Positions 27,801 to 40,100 of a DNA stretch of 64,000 bases are shown piece after piece. The translations under genes and the position numbers were made by a program. Numbering within the stretch: the first letter of the stretch is position 1; each line of letters starts with the position of its first letter. The notes under the pieces are model-generated. The model was not told the DNA's origin. It searched no databases and worked only from the letters and a program-made list of their open reading frames with translations. The stretch is from Balanoglossus misakiensis (lineage: Eukaryota; Animalia; Hemichordata): the NCBI GenBank assembly GCA_040954595.2, contig CM082579.2:6561625-6625624 (forward strand), in the 5' to 3' direction.

Positions 27801-30290
27801 GTGTCTTTCCTTAGCAACCATCAAAATGGCCGCCGTCTCAATTTCAACAGGCGTTGATCTAATAAAATTTGACCTTCGGGGGAGCCGTATTCAATATCTG
27901 TCAATATCTGCAAATCCACAGAATTGATTAATTTTATAATATAAAGTGCAGCAGCTGACAGAATTGCCCTAATGGACGAATAACAACATCGCCGCATTTT
28001 GACAAATTACTTCACATCTCATTTGCGATTCAAACACACCTGTTCTCAGAATGCAATACACACATATTTCTAATGTACAGAATCAATAATCGAGCTAATG
28101 TACTAATTGCTCAGCTCAGCTGAGTTGAACTTCTCAAGACTAAAACACTTAAAAAAGGTGAAGAAATTTAAAATACAAGGTTAGAAGATCATGTATATTT
28201 ATACAAAGCAATGAAATAAAATTTCGTTAATGTCAAACGGACACGCAAGTGCTATAATTGAAGTCATTGTCTCCATATGTGACCATTACGATCCAATCAA
28301 TTTTCACAACTTCAAAAGTGCCGGTGTGACACTATTGTGCGAATTGCAAAACCACCTGTTGCTTTCAGAAAATTCATCAGCGAGTCAAATAATATCACCA
28401 AATTGTTTCTGGGTACAGGCTACACGGTCAAGTCAGCGTACGACGGATATGTAGACTGGAGGGAGAAGATTCCGTACACCCTCGACACATCCACAAGATT
28501 TACATATCAGGCACCTCGCCAACCAAAAGAACTGCAAGAGAATTCAACTCGGTTCGGTTGCAACACAAAGAGACATCTAGTAGCAACAGGCATTGGTGAG
28601 TATACATTTATTTTGAAATGGAGGTGTTAATATACTGCGAGTAATTATGAAAATGTCATCACCATTATGCCATGAATTGCATGGTTTAAATGGAATGACT
28701 ATTGTGTATGAAATGGTGTTTAGCTGCTGTGATGAAAAATTGGAATGTGTGTGGTTGCCATGGTGTACACGTCAGATAGGAGTGGTTACCATGGTATACA
28801 GTGGGAATGTATGTGGTTGTCAAGATGTTGACCTGACTCCAAATAGCAGAACATGCTTATATACATTATGTACAGCAAAGTAGACATAATTACTAGATCA
28901 TAATATTTAAGGCAACTGAAAATATTTTACTGACAGGTTTTAACTGAAAGCGTACCCAAAGTATATTGCCATGAGAAAAAAACAGCTGATATGTACAGCC
29001 TGGTTATATGGTACCTTGGTCAACATCCAATTACCTATGGCTTGTGATCGACACTTAAAATTCTGCTCTTTTTGAAAGTGAATAGGTATTCTGGACTTTT
29101 TGAAAGCACTGCGCAGAACCTGCTGGGACACAGTTCGCTTGATCAAAGGCCGACTCCCGTTACTTTGACAGTTATCTCTTGTACACCCATACATTTTAAA
29201 ATCAAACTGTCCTGAGGTCAGAATTGGGGGGTGGGGGGTATACACCTTTTGCAGTGTCCCGTGTAATTTCAGATTTATGCTCGGATGACTTTATTGACAC
29301 TTTTTTACGAAATGATATCCGATCGAGAGTCCTGTTCAAATAATTCCCTTGTGAGTAAAGAAGTCGGCACCAGAATCAGAAAGGACCATGGTTCCTGTCT
29401 TCTTTTGTGTCGGACTCACAAAAGCGTCAGTGTATTCCTTTCTTGGTCTGTTCGTAACAATAACGGCAGCAAACTACGGAACGCCATTGTGTGTTACCAG
29501 ACAACAAAACAAAATAGTCGTAGCAGATGTAGCCTTCATTGCTGCCGGCACAGATGCTACATGTACTTTTCTGAGGCAAACATCCCCAGTAGTGGTAAAC
29601 GCTCTTGGCTTCTGTATAAAAGCCAAGTACTACAATTGCATAGGATTTCGCACCAGAGTTTATTAAATCTTGAAAAATGCAGACAGGAATTTTCAAATTG
29701 AATTATTGGTACATGTATGAATTAAATTATAATTATGAATATTAATGATAACATGTGTGTTTTTGCCAAAAAAAATGTGCATCTAGATGAAGTTATTGCA
29801 ACATTTTTAAATGTGAAAAGTTCACATTGCCTGATGAAATGTCTCTGCTCTTAACACACAGTTCCCAATGCTCCGGCCAGGTCACATCTGGTGACGATAC
29901 GAAACCGCACAACGTACGACAGAGAATTTGGACGACTACTGCCACCAGGGACAGTGCAGATAGAGCGAGCCCTCGAGTCTGGACAAATTGAACACCACTT
30001 AAAAACAGCAACTGAGAAAGGTAATTGTTTCAAAGTTTTTTTTACTGAGCACTGAAATTCCACAATAACTCCATCGCAAGGGATTTCAAGAACCCACTCC
30101 TCACCAACTCTCTCTCGTTTCTTTAACATTTGCAGAGAAAGACGTCATCACCAGAATGCTGCAGTCCATAGCAACCGCAGACGAGAAATGTATGATGCCA
30201 TCTCCGCCGTCCCGGCCATCGTCTGCCGTGCCGCCCAAAGAGAGACCCCTGAGCCCCAGTTGGGTGTCCAGCTGGACTGGCCCCATGTGA
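21853..30290 (+). CDS. TEX26: Testis-expressed protein 26-like, 392 aa. Exons 21853-21936, 22044-22245, 22671-22761, 22967-23132, 23631-23775, 28419-28595, 29862-30020, 30136-30290
   Basis: GT-AG introns with consistent phases give 1179 nt. Motifs SFMVWKFP, KFKSTYQDDY, DWREKIPYTLDTSTRFTYQAPRQPKELQENSTRFGCN...ATGIVP and RTTYDREF resemble recalled human TEX26 ([21 protein letters not shown]...ELQDFSFKYGC...SQGLVP; QTTYQSDY). AATAAA at 30343-30348. Confidence 0.85.
23383..23464 (+). tRNA. tRNA-Ser(TGA): tRNA-Ser (anticodon TGA), intronless, in TEX26 intron 4
   Basis: 82 nt: acceptor stem GCTGTGA/TCGCAGC, A-box TGGCCGAGTGG, anticodon arm TTGGA-CT-TGA-AA-TCCAA, long variable arm GGGG-TCT-CCCC, B-box GGTTCGAACCC, discriminator G, oligo-T Pol III terminator at about 23470-23474. 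Confidence 0.97.
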
Positions 30291-32629
30291 AAATTCCAAG
30301 ATTTGTAGTTTTAGTGTTAGCAAGGTGATCAGTCTTTGCTGAAATAAAATCCGGAAGAAACGAAAACAAGAAAAGACGCATTGCATGCTACATGACCTGA
30401 CCTATGACCTCACGAGCATCCAGAAGACCGTTCATGTAGAAGCAGTGCAAACAAGCAACTTTTGTATACTTTGCGAGCGTTTCCAGATTGTTCACAGAAC
30501 ACGAAAAAAATCTACCTTTCAAACTTGAAACAACAGCCCTCAAGCCCCTGAAACGTGTACCTCCCAAAAAATGTGGCACGAAATAACAGTGCCTGTAGTT
30601 ACATGTCACAGGTTCACACAAACAGATGACTAACTCACCGCAGGGAAATGTTTTGACCAAACAGCAGCCGTGAACAGTGGCTGTGTAAACGCTTCTGGAA
30701 TTTCTGGGAACGACTATACATTTGTTACACAAGAGTTTTCATGAAACAAGTGGCACTATCACAAGATAAATGTTTGAGTTACCACTACAATGAAAGACGG
30801 AGAAAAGCACGCACACATGGGACAGTACTCGACAAGAGAAAAACTTTAAAGCTTTAAAATAATAATTCTTTTGTGACTGCATCACCCGTCTCCTTAAAAA
30901 CAATTCTGGTTTTTAAGTTTTGTTTGAAATGAACAATGTCATCACAGACATTTACATATCGAAGTTTTGTTACATTTGAAACAGCTGTGAAAGACGTCTC
31001 TCTTAGCTGTGTAAGCAATGCACTTATCCCGAATACGAGTCATGTAAATTTTTTTTCTGAAAATGTGTATTATTTAGACAAAACTTAGCGGGTCCTCAGG
31101 CCACCGCCAAGCTTACAAAAGCGCCCCCATGAGGTCAAATTGCACTTTAACCAATCCGTCCATTGTACTGAAGCGACATACAGCGATGGATGAAAATTTA
31201 ATTATGTTTAACCTTTCCAGTTGACTTGATGTGTGTATTAGTCCATATTTTGAGCTACAAGTTAAATTTCAAGATTAGTGTTTATTATGTGATCAGTGTA
31301 ATATCAAATTGTGTATCAACTTGCACCATTCTCTGGGGTGGTGCTGATGTTAGCAACATAGGTTTTCATACACACATACAAATCTGAATCCGTCCATTTT
31401 CTGAAAGAAATAGTGACTTTTAGTCATTCCATTGAAAATGATGACCAAAAAACAAAGACAAGCTCTATTTTCAGAGCATTTACAAATGTTGCATCCTTTT
31501 GCTGTATGACAAAGCAAACCATCAACAAGGTCTTTGTAGAAATTAGAATTATATTCTGTAACAATTTTTTGAGTGAAGTATTTTTTTTTACATTTTTAAA
31601 ATCAAAAGCTGTTATTTAGTCTTATGAAAAATCCGTCTGTCAGCTGAAACTCAATTTATTTTAAACTACCAAAATATTGACAGAATAGTATTTAACAACC
31701 ATTGAAGTGCTTGTTTTTTTTCATGAAGTGTTCTTTTTAAAAGATGCATTAGATGCAACATTGTAGTTCAGTGATCTTCAATTCTCATATGTGTAATTGA
31801 AATTATTTTTTAGGAATTAAACTTTTGAATTTTAAGAATAGTTGCATGTGTGGATGGTTTGACTTTTACAGGGAATGTTACAATCACGGCAAGTTGTGAA
31901 CGTTTCCTTTCTATGTTCCAAGTCGACAAACAGACTGGAAGCCAAATTTGAGAAACAGCTCAAGTTTGACAAACAGACCCCAAGGAAAGTGTCCTGTGCA
32001 AAGGTGTTATGTAACGATAGCTTGGGGACAGAAAGTCAACGTAAAAACGGGCAGCCATTGATTTAGAATGGATACCACAGATGTTTTAGAAGTCTCCATG
32101 ATGGCCTCTCCATGGACACTGCAAATATTTGAATGCCAAATACATGGCCACAGCTACATTTGTCTACTTCAACCCCAATATGACTATTACAGTCAACTGT
32201 GGTGGCTGGAGTTATTTTGTTACAGGCTAAAGATGTTACCATTGCACAGCAAAGGTGAATTCCAATGTGTACTTGTAGACTTGTGACAAATGAAGTATTA
32301 CTATGACAAAGAGAGTGGCCTATAGACCCTTGAAAAATTGATGACACATTTCTTGAGAAAGGACTTTGTATTTGACAAAAACGTCTCACGATTGAATAAG
32401 ATATTTAGCTTTAAAATCATGTGAATGTAAAATCCAGTATTTCATACGGTTTGCATCCAGAAAAAATCCCCTATTCTTGCACATGTTATGCGCTCTTCAC
32501 ACACACAGACACACATGCACACTGCATACTGAAAACCATGCAAAATGTGAAACTTCATTTACAACGTATTGCTGCCACTTCACTGCATCCAGGTAAAAAA
32601 CAAAGATCTTGCATAAACCGATCAATCAA

Positions 32630-35600
32630 TCAATCAATCACATTTTCCAGCATCAAGTTTAACGCATCCTGTCTCTTAAGCACCCTCGGTATTTTCAGCT
32701 GATTGGCCGTTGCCATGGTATTCTCTATTAGGTACTCTTTCAACTTCTGAAATGTTCCAGTTTTCACCACTTGCACCTGTGGGGGCGCTATGCTACCTTT
32801 ACTGCGGAATGATTCGTAGACGTACGCAGTCTTCTGCAAGGCCTCATCCAGCTGTGGGATGAGAAAAAAGTCATATGAGAGGTGTAAAGTGTCAGAATAA
32901 TATAATATGATAAATATCAATGGGATCTTTGATAGTACTTTTGCACTTACCAAAGCCTTCTGTTCTTGACTGGGTTGGAGGTTTGCTGTGTTTCCTTCTA
33001 GCTCTACAAACACCAAGTAATGTGGGGAGGTGTCGTCATTTGGACCAACTGATATCCGATCAAATAATAAACAAATAAACACAGTTATTAGTTAATGATG
33101 ATGAATCACACAAGAGCATATAAGAATTTATTTGAAATCACAACCACCATCTGGGCAAGTAAAACTAAAAAGAACCAAACTATCACTACATCATGGTACT
33201 GGATACATTCAATAAGTTAAAACGGGATCAAAAAATCCAAACTTGAGACTATTAACCCCTTCACCACCATGGTTTGATCCAAATCTATTGTTTTCTATGG
33301 TGAAGTTGGACCTCTACAGAGGGAACTGGGGGTGAAAGGGTTAAATGATAGTACCTTTCTGTGTTGGCAGCATGACACTTTCCGCCGTCGTGTAGTCGAC
33401 TAGTTTGACATCAGTCCATTTGGACACAGTGTCAACCAGGGCTTTGTAGAAGACGTTCTCTGATGTCTTCTCACCCCGTACATTCAAGAGCTGGCCTTGT
33501 CTGTACAGAAACTCGATGGCTGGACACTGATTGTGAAATTTGACCACCTTGACGACATCACCAAATCGGTATCTATAGAGACCACTGATGTTTGTGATGA
33601 CCAGTTCGTACGTCTGACCTATCTCTACTTGGTCCATGAACAGAGTGTCTGGTTGGTCTTCATCACTGTGATTGAAAAAGAATTACAGAAGTATGAAAAC
33701 TTCAGATGAAGGAATGAAAAGAAATGGACAGAAAAGAGACAGTCTGTTAGTGTTACTGGGGTTCTCAAATAATTTACCACAATATTCCCCAACCTTATCA
33801 AAAACACTGTCAAGCAAAAACGATTCATACTGGAACTGTTATCACTATACACTGCACCTTGCACTGATGGGTATGAATTCAAATACCATGGACTCTGGTA
33901 CAAGCAGGTAATATCTGTCACTGTCTCTTGGCCAGATATTGATTCCCAGCAATCCTTCAGTTGCAGCGTACAATGGTGAATACACTGGAATGTCTGAAGA
34001 AATGTATTGAGAAATAAGTCAGTGTTGGAATATGTACACAGAAAAAAAATGGTCATTTTTCGTGAGACATAGATACAATGTATCTTGAATGAAAATTTAA
34101 AACGATGTTTTAAAACAATATATTTGAATAGCTTGTTGTAATTTATACCTTTAGCATAATATGTTTTTAAAACGTTTCCATAGAGTTCTGAAGACCCAGT
34201 GTCCACTGTCAATATAAGTTCCATGTACGGCCATATCCTTTTAGCTATACCATCAAAGCCCTTCTCAAATTCTTGTCGCAGTTCAGCGGCGCGTTCCCTA
34301 TCGGGTTTCATCAATTTGTTCAATTCCGCCCGTATTTCATCCGTTACATGTAAATTTGGATTGACGCTGCCTCTCTCAATGTCTTCCACCAACTGTTTCC
34401 AATGTTTCGTCAGCGCCACAAACGCCATGTAAACCAGCGAGGCGAAGTTGGCTTCCAGCATTCCCAGATTGCGGTCTCTGAGCGCGAACAGCAGGTGAAC
34501 GTAGAGCGCTTCCGGTTCCGTCATGATTTCGTATCCGGGTTTTGGCGTGGAGTACAGGTTGAGCAGTCCCTTGGAGCTGGCCGGAGAGGAGGAATTGGGC
34601 CCCACCGGAATTCCCGACTCGGAGGTGCGGGGCTTAGGCGAGTAGAACAGCTTCAGGTCCCTCTGCAGCTGCTTGGCGCCGGGGAATCCGGCGAACAGGG
34701 AATCGAAGCAGACCGTGATTCCCTGCATGAAGAAGGCGGAGAACTGCTTCTGGATCGTCGGCAGCATGGAGGCGTTCCCCGAGGTGCCGGACGTCAGCGC
34801 GAGGATCTTGGGCCGGTCCTTCGTCACCACGTTCTCCTCCCCCCTGGCGATTCTGTCCACGTAGTCCTTGTAGTGGCCGTACCTCGTCAGGGGGTGGAGT
34901 CTCTTGAAGTCCTCCCGGGACCCGATCTCGGAGAAGCGAAACCTCCTCCCGTACTCCGTGTCCGCGTTGTACGCCAACCTCTCCAGGAGTATCTTGTCCT
35001 GAGCTTCTCGCACGTTCTTGGTGGTGGCTTCCAGTTTCTTCCGCTTGTAGCTCCCCAGCAGGCTCATCACGGCGAACACTGCGTACTGGTCGAACATGGA
35101 GCGCTTGGTGTGGAACTCCGATGCCCTCATCCTGTGAAGTTTGTAGGAGAGACCAGCGCCACCCACGCAACCAAGCGCCAGTAGGCCTAGATGGCGGAGA
35201 ACATAAATGAATGCAGTCAATTAACTCATTTCTGATCTTTAAAACGTATGAACACAAGGGTATTAGGTCATCTTGCCCATGGTGTTAGTATAAAGATGCC
35301 AATGCTATCCTGCTGTTGAGAGTACATGTACATCACCCATCAAAGTACATTAAAGTTTCATACTTTATACACATTTTATTATTATTAAATGGCAATATTC
35401 TGTTCGTAAATTGATACGTCTTCAAAAATTACGAGGCAAATAATTTTCATATTTATATGTAGTAGACTACGTCCTACCACGAGACTGTGGTCCCACTCAT
35501 CTGGCCAAGGTCAGTCTGAGGTCAGCTGAGGTACATGTGACCGGTGACCTCAACGTGTGATGTTGTAGAAACTAGTTTGAGGTCACGGATCAGTTGTTGT

Positions 35601-35942
35601 GAATCAAAACTTCCTCTCATTGTTTCATAAATTCACAAGGAAAGCACGCAAAACGTTCGATATCGTACGTGTCCAGATTACTTTCGTGGCTATACAGACA
35701 ACCTTACAATTGTACAAGTACATGTACATTTGAGAGAGAAAAACACGGAAGTGTTGCAAGTTGTCAACAAACTGAAGATTGATCTTTATCTTAATCGAAA
35801 AAAGTAAATAAAGCTTACCGGAGAATACTCTCTTCACGACCGACATGGTTATACTTGTGTTAAACACAACGCCGATAAGTAGATAGACAGCACATAGCGT
35901 GAATATTACGGCCACGATGATACTCTTAGATAATAATGTCAT
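32630..35942 (-). CDS. GHDC: GH3 domain-containing protein, 642 aa. Exons 35942-35819, 35186-34149, 33993-33858, 33665-33355, 33048-32951, 32851-32630
   Basis: GH3 family motifs ALTSGTSG, YSPLYAATEG, GLYRYRFGDVV, RGEKTSE and QLKIPRVL; hydrophobic N-terminus; GT-AG introns with consistent phases (1,1,2,1,0) give 1929 nt. Confidence 0.93.
33252..33344. mobile_element. 85-bp piggyBac-like MITE (copy 1) with TTAA flanks, GHDC intron 4
   Basis: TTAA-CCCCTTCACC...GGTGAAAGGG-TTAA. CCC/GGG termini with TTAA duplication fit piggyBac; related copies at 50558, 59828 and about 38313. Confidence 0.75.
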
Positions 35943-36003
35943 TGTGTAACTGTAACTGCGTTCGCCCGGCGAGTCCAGCGTTGACCTCACATGGAAGGTC
36001 ACA

Positions 36004-36019
36004 GCCACCAGAGGGCAGC
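36004..36019 (+). promoter_or_regulatory. CTCF-like motif between the DYNC2H1 3' end and the GHDC start
   Basis: GCCACCAGAGGGCAGC matches the CCASYAGRKGGCRS core; about 60 bp upstream of the GHDC ATG. Confidence 0.45.
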
Positions 36020-37102
36020 ATAACTCCATCCTACTTAACTTGCTCTTTTTTTGCAAGCAACTTGTACGCTAAATTTTGAACATAGCCCTGTCAAAAGAAA
36101 TTAAATTCAATGATTTATTTTACATGACTTAAATCACACTTTCGTCTTGCTATTTATAGACAAACTGCATTGAATGTTTTTTTTTGCTATTGTATGGTTT
36201 CTTGGTGACTCTAATGACTTTAGCTGATATAGAAACTATATAAAGTTGTACACAAGACAATTAATCTTTCACGAAGTTTATTTGTTCACTGCAACAAACA
36301 TTGTACATGAATGAAAGAATTGAAAATAGCAAAGCCAACACATATACACATTTGCAAAATTTACATATGGAGTTACATGTTTACATGTTAAATTGACTCT
36401 AAACCCAACCATTGGGTTAAATCTTGAAGTTGCTGTCTGTTAATCAAGACTGTGACTCATTTGACATTCTTATCACAATTATTCTCTACAAGATTGCAAA
36501 AAATTCTGAATGCAGAAAATATTTTGATATACATTCGGTACTCGGTTTACATCGCACGTTTGCTAATATCAAAGCAATGCTTTATACACACTCTAAAGCA
36601 AGGCACACATAAAGGAAAAAATCTTTATGAACAGTATGTCCTCCCACAAAATGTAAATTGTAAGTCTGAATAAGGATTTGTCACTGAAGACTATTTTTTA
36701 GGAAACAAAAGCGACTCTGGCACAGCAAGGAAAGAATCACATATTGTCACAAGAATTACAGTTTTCTTTCATTAGCTGGTAAATAAAGTCACTTACTATA
36801 GACATATTTCAGCGGCAGTAAAAATCACCTTGTAATTTTGCTACCTGTCACATTTTTGCACAAACCACAAACGACTCTAAAATACATCATGTTTAAAGCA
36901 TCTCTTGACTTTTCTAAATTTTATACAGATTAAGTAACTTCATACCGAAGAAAACAAAAAGTATGTAATTTTTAAGTAGCATAAACACGACCCAATAAAC
37001 CGGTGGAAAGAAAGAATGAAAAAGTTGGACGGGATATTTTTTTGTTATCACAAAAGTACTCAATACACAGTAAATGTCTTAAACACAACATGTGGCGTTG
37101 TT

Positions 37103-40100
37103 TTATTGACTCTTCAGGAAGAGAGCAGCTCCGGTCTGGATCCACTGGTTTTGGTTTCCGCCGCAGGGTACGTTGAGATGGGTGACTATTTTCTCACGGT
37201 CAGAACTGAAGTAGATTGGCAGAGAAATGCAGTCATCTACGGTGTATGGATCAGGCATATCCTGTAAAAATAATGTCAAAAAGATTAAGGGGTGGGTTGG
37301 GTGTGGAAGGGTTACTAACAGCCCCTTGTAATTACATGTAGTTTCTCAAATGATTTTATGAAAGCATTACCTTCATGATCCATGCCACGGTGCACACAGG
37401 TATTGCTGAGATGCTGGCCGAATCTCTCTGGTTTTCCGACAGGTGTCTGCCGTCGAAAGTACAGCCTTCTAACTGCAGACCACCGATCTGAAATAATTAA
37501 CAGAAACAGAAAAATAATGCTATTCCGCTTTGTTGTGATGAATGCAAGAATCTCTTAGAGTTGACAGTCCTGTGCTACACTTGAAGTGAAGAAATCTTAT
37601 AACTGAAATGATGTCTGTACATCAGGTCACCCATATTTCTTGGTGATACTCTCAATGTATGAATTGGGCTGTCCCAAAATACACAGATTCATAGGGGTGG
37701 TAGCACTGCAGGGTGAGTGATGAGAAGTAATTTTTACCTTCACTTGGTATCTGGCTGATGATATGCTCCCTTGCCATGTACATGCAAACTTCAAACTGTC
37801 CATGGATGTCTTGGTCTCCCTGTTGCGATCAGTAATTAAGAAAAAAAAACACTTCAGAGAGGCTGTATAAGATTACATGTATGTCTACAATGCAGTAATG
37901 TAGTAATGATGCAGTCATAGTACGATGTCCTGTGTAAAATCTGACTGAAATTGGCTCATGAAGAAACCCCATACCTTGCAGTCTGTTGTCGTAGTGCATT
38001 CAGGAATGTGTCCGGATGGAACAACTCCGACAGATCCAGTGTGTCTGACAGCAGTGAGCCCCGTTCCACTTTCTCAATCCAATTCTGCAGCGCCATGGTG
38101 CGGGCGACCAGCGATCGCAGGTAATGGATGGGGTCCTCGGGGCCATCCCACTTACTCAACCAAGCTACCGGTGTCTGTAATTAAATTTAAAGAATTCAGG
38201 AATTTTAGATGATTTCTTATGACATTTTTTCATTTGTTACTTACATCCCCTTTTACCAACTAGTGTTGGCTAATTAAACTCTTCTTTGTCTTTCATTTGA
38301 TTTGTGCAGCCAATCTTCCACCACCATTATTTGGTACGACCTCACTGTTTACAAAGGTAATGTTGGACACTCACACAGCAAAATGGGGGTGAAAGGGTTT
38401 CAAAACATTCTCATCTCACCTCTTGTTTGAGCAGCGACGTGGCCATGGCTTGCACGTCAGAAGACAGCAGCATTGTACCCCGGATGACTTTACTGAGAGA
38501 AGCCAGGGTCAAGTGGACAGACTGCACTAGCTTGACGGCGTTGTAGTTCTCGAGCAATATGAAGGAAGTGATCGGAGAGTGCGTGCCGGACTTCTCGCTG
38601 GGCGGCTGGATCTTCATCTGGATAATCTGCGAGCCCTGTAACATGAACGACCCGGACATGTTATAGTGAGTTAATTTCCAGAGAGGCATCTCTTGTCGTT
38701 CATGTATCCATAAATGTTCCGTTCAACAAATTTCTCAAGAAGGTTTCAAAAGCCTGGTGGAAAATCTTGAAGTGGTGACGCTGAAAGATCACCGATAGTC
38801 AGAAAAGTTAGCATAATAAAAAACCTGTCAAAACTGGACACGTACCTGATTGAGTTTTTTCCACAGATTGAGGATAGGACTGAGCTCAGTCGACCACTTC
38901 TCTTTGTCGAATTTCCCTTCTGCTGCGTCGGATCTCATCAAGATTTTCAGTTGAGAAATGACCTGTGAACTGATGGTCCTCTGGGCCGACCTCTCAATGT
39001 TGGCAGGCAGACCAAAGTATTGAGGCTTGTCTTCCTCGGGCAGAGACTCAATGAGGTCAACAAAATCCTAAAATCATGACAAATTTCGATAAAAACGTAA
39101 TCCTTTGGCAAAAACATTCCATGAGGTAACAAAAAGTGACAAAAAAAAATTATAACATGATTATCGCCATTTGGTCACATTCAATTTTTTGACTATCCAG
39201 GTAGGAAAAAATACATATTATGGGCAAAGCAAACTCCAAAAGCAGTAGTATTTGTCTTTCAAACATGATATATTTGCTGAACACATACTGTGTCTCATGA
39301 AGCCAGAAACCTACCCTGTGACTGCTGCTCGTAGGAAGTGAGATGTTTGACACCAAACGCTTGCCACGCCCACGGGATCCTCCGCCACTCAAGACGTCAT
39401 CGTTGAAATACTGCTGCAAGTAGGACCTCAAGACTCTCATGTCGAAGACGTTGTCCACCCTGCCACCATAGATGGCACTCTCGTAAAGACCGTGCACAAA
39501 CTTCCAGGGGTCTTCTTTGCCTGCAAGTGCATGATGATTGTTACTCAGTGTATTTTACTGAATATTGAAAAACTGTATATGGGCATATGTAAATTAAGGG
39601 TGATTGTAAACGTAATACAACAGAAGCAACTCGTCTGGTAAACAACAAACACTCACCCAAAGTCCTGCCAAGCCTGTCGATGATGTCGGCTCCTGCACGC
39701 AGATCGGACATTGCAAATTCGTAAAATTTGGTCCACCCCTGGGGGATGTAGTTACGGCGTTCTTGCAAGACGGCATGGAACCAGGCTAGGGCAAACAAAG
39801 CCTGGGCTCTGACAGCGTCGCCCCTGGCAACGAACTGCGGTGACCACGACTCGTAGGTTCTCAGTAGGTTTTTCTTCACACCTGGTGGTGCCTGAAAAGA
39901 ACAAATTGTGATCAAGCTTTTGTAAAAAAAAAATCATTTCTGGATGTTGAGAAACAAAAGCAAATTGAAAAGTGACTAACAGTACCACATCTATTGATTT
40001 TTGTTGTTTTCTGACAAGAAGTGTCATGACAAGAAGGAACCTAAACAGTGCCCCCAGTGACAAATTAATCACACATACTTTGTTTTTCACCCAAGCATGC

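Noticed and set aside
29285-29701. Three overlapping ORFs of 89-138 aa in TEX26 intron 6
   Set aside because: No recognisable domain or convincing splice context in the frames I examined.
33625-35220. The 531-aa ORF as a complete single-exon gene
   Set aside because: It starts in intron 1 and reads through intron 2; the GHDC frame needs splicing at 35186 and 34149.
34402-35257. 260-aa plus-strand ORF and 207-aa alternate-frame ORF
   Set aside because: Antisense and frame shadows of the GC-rich GHDC exon 2; no recognisable protein features.
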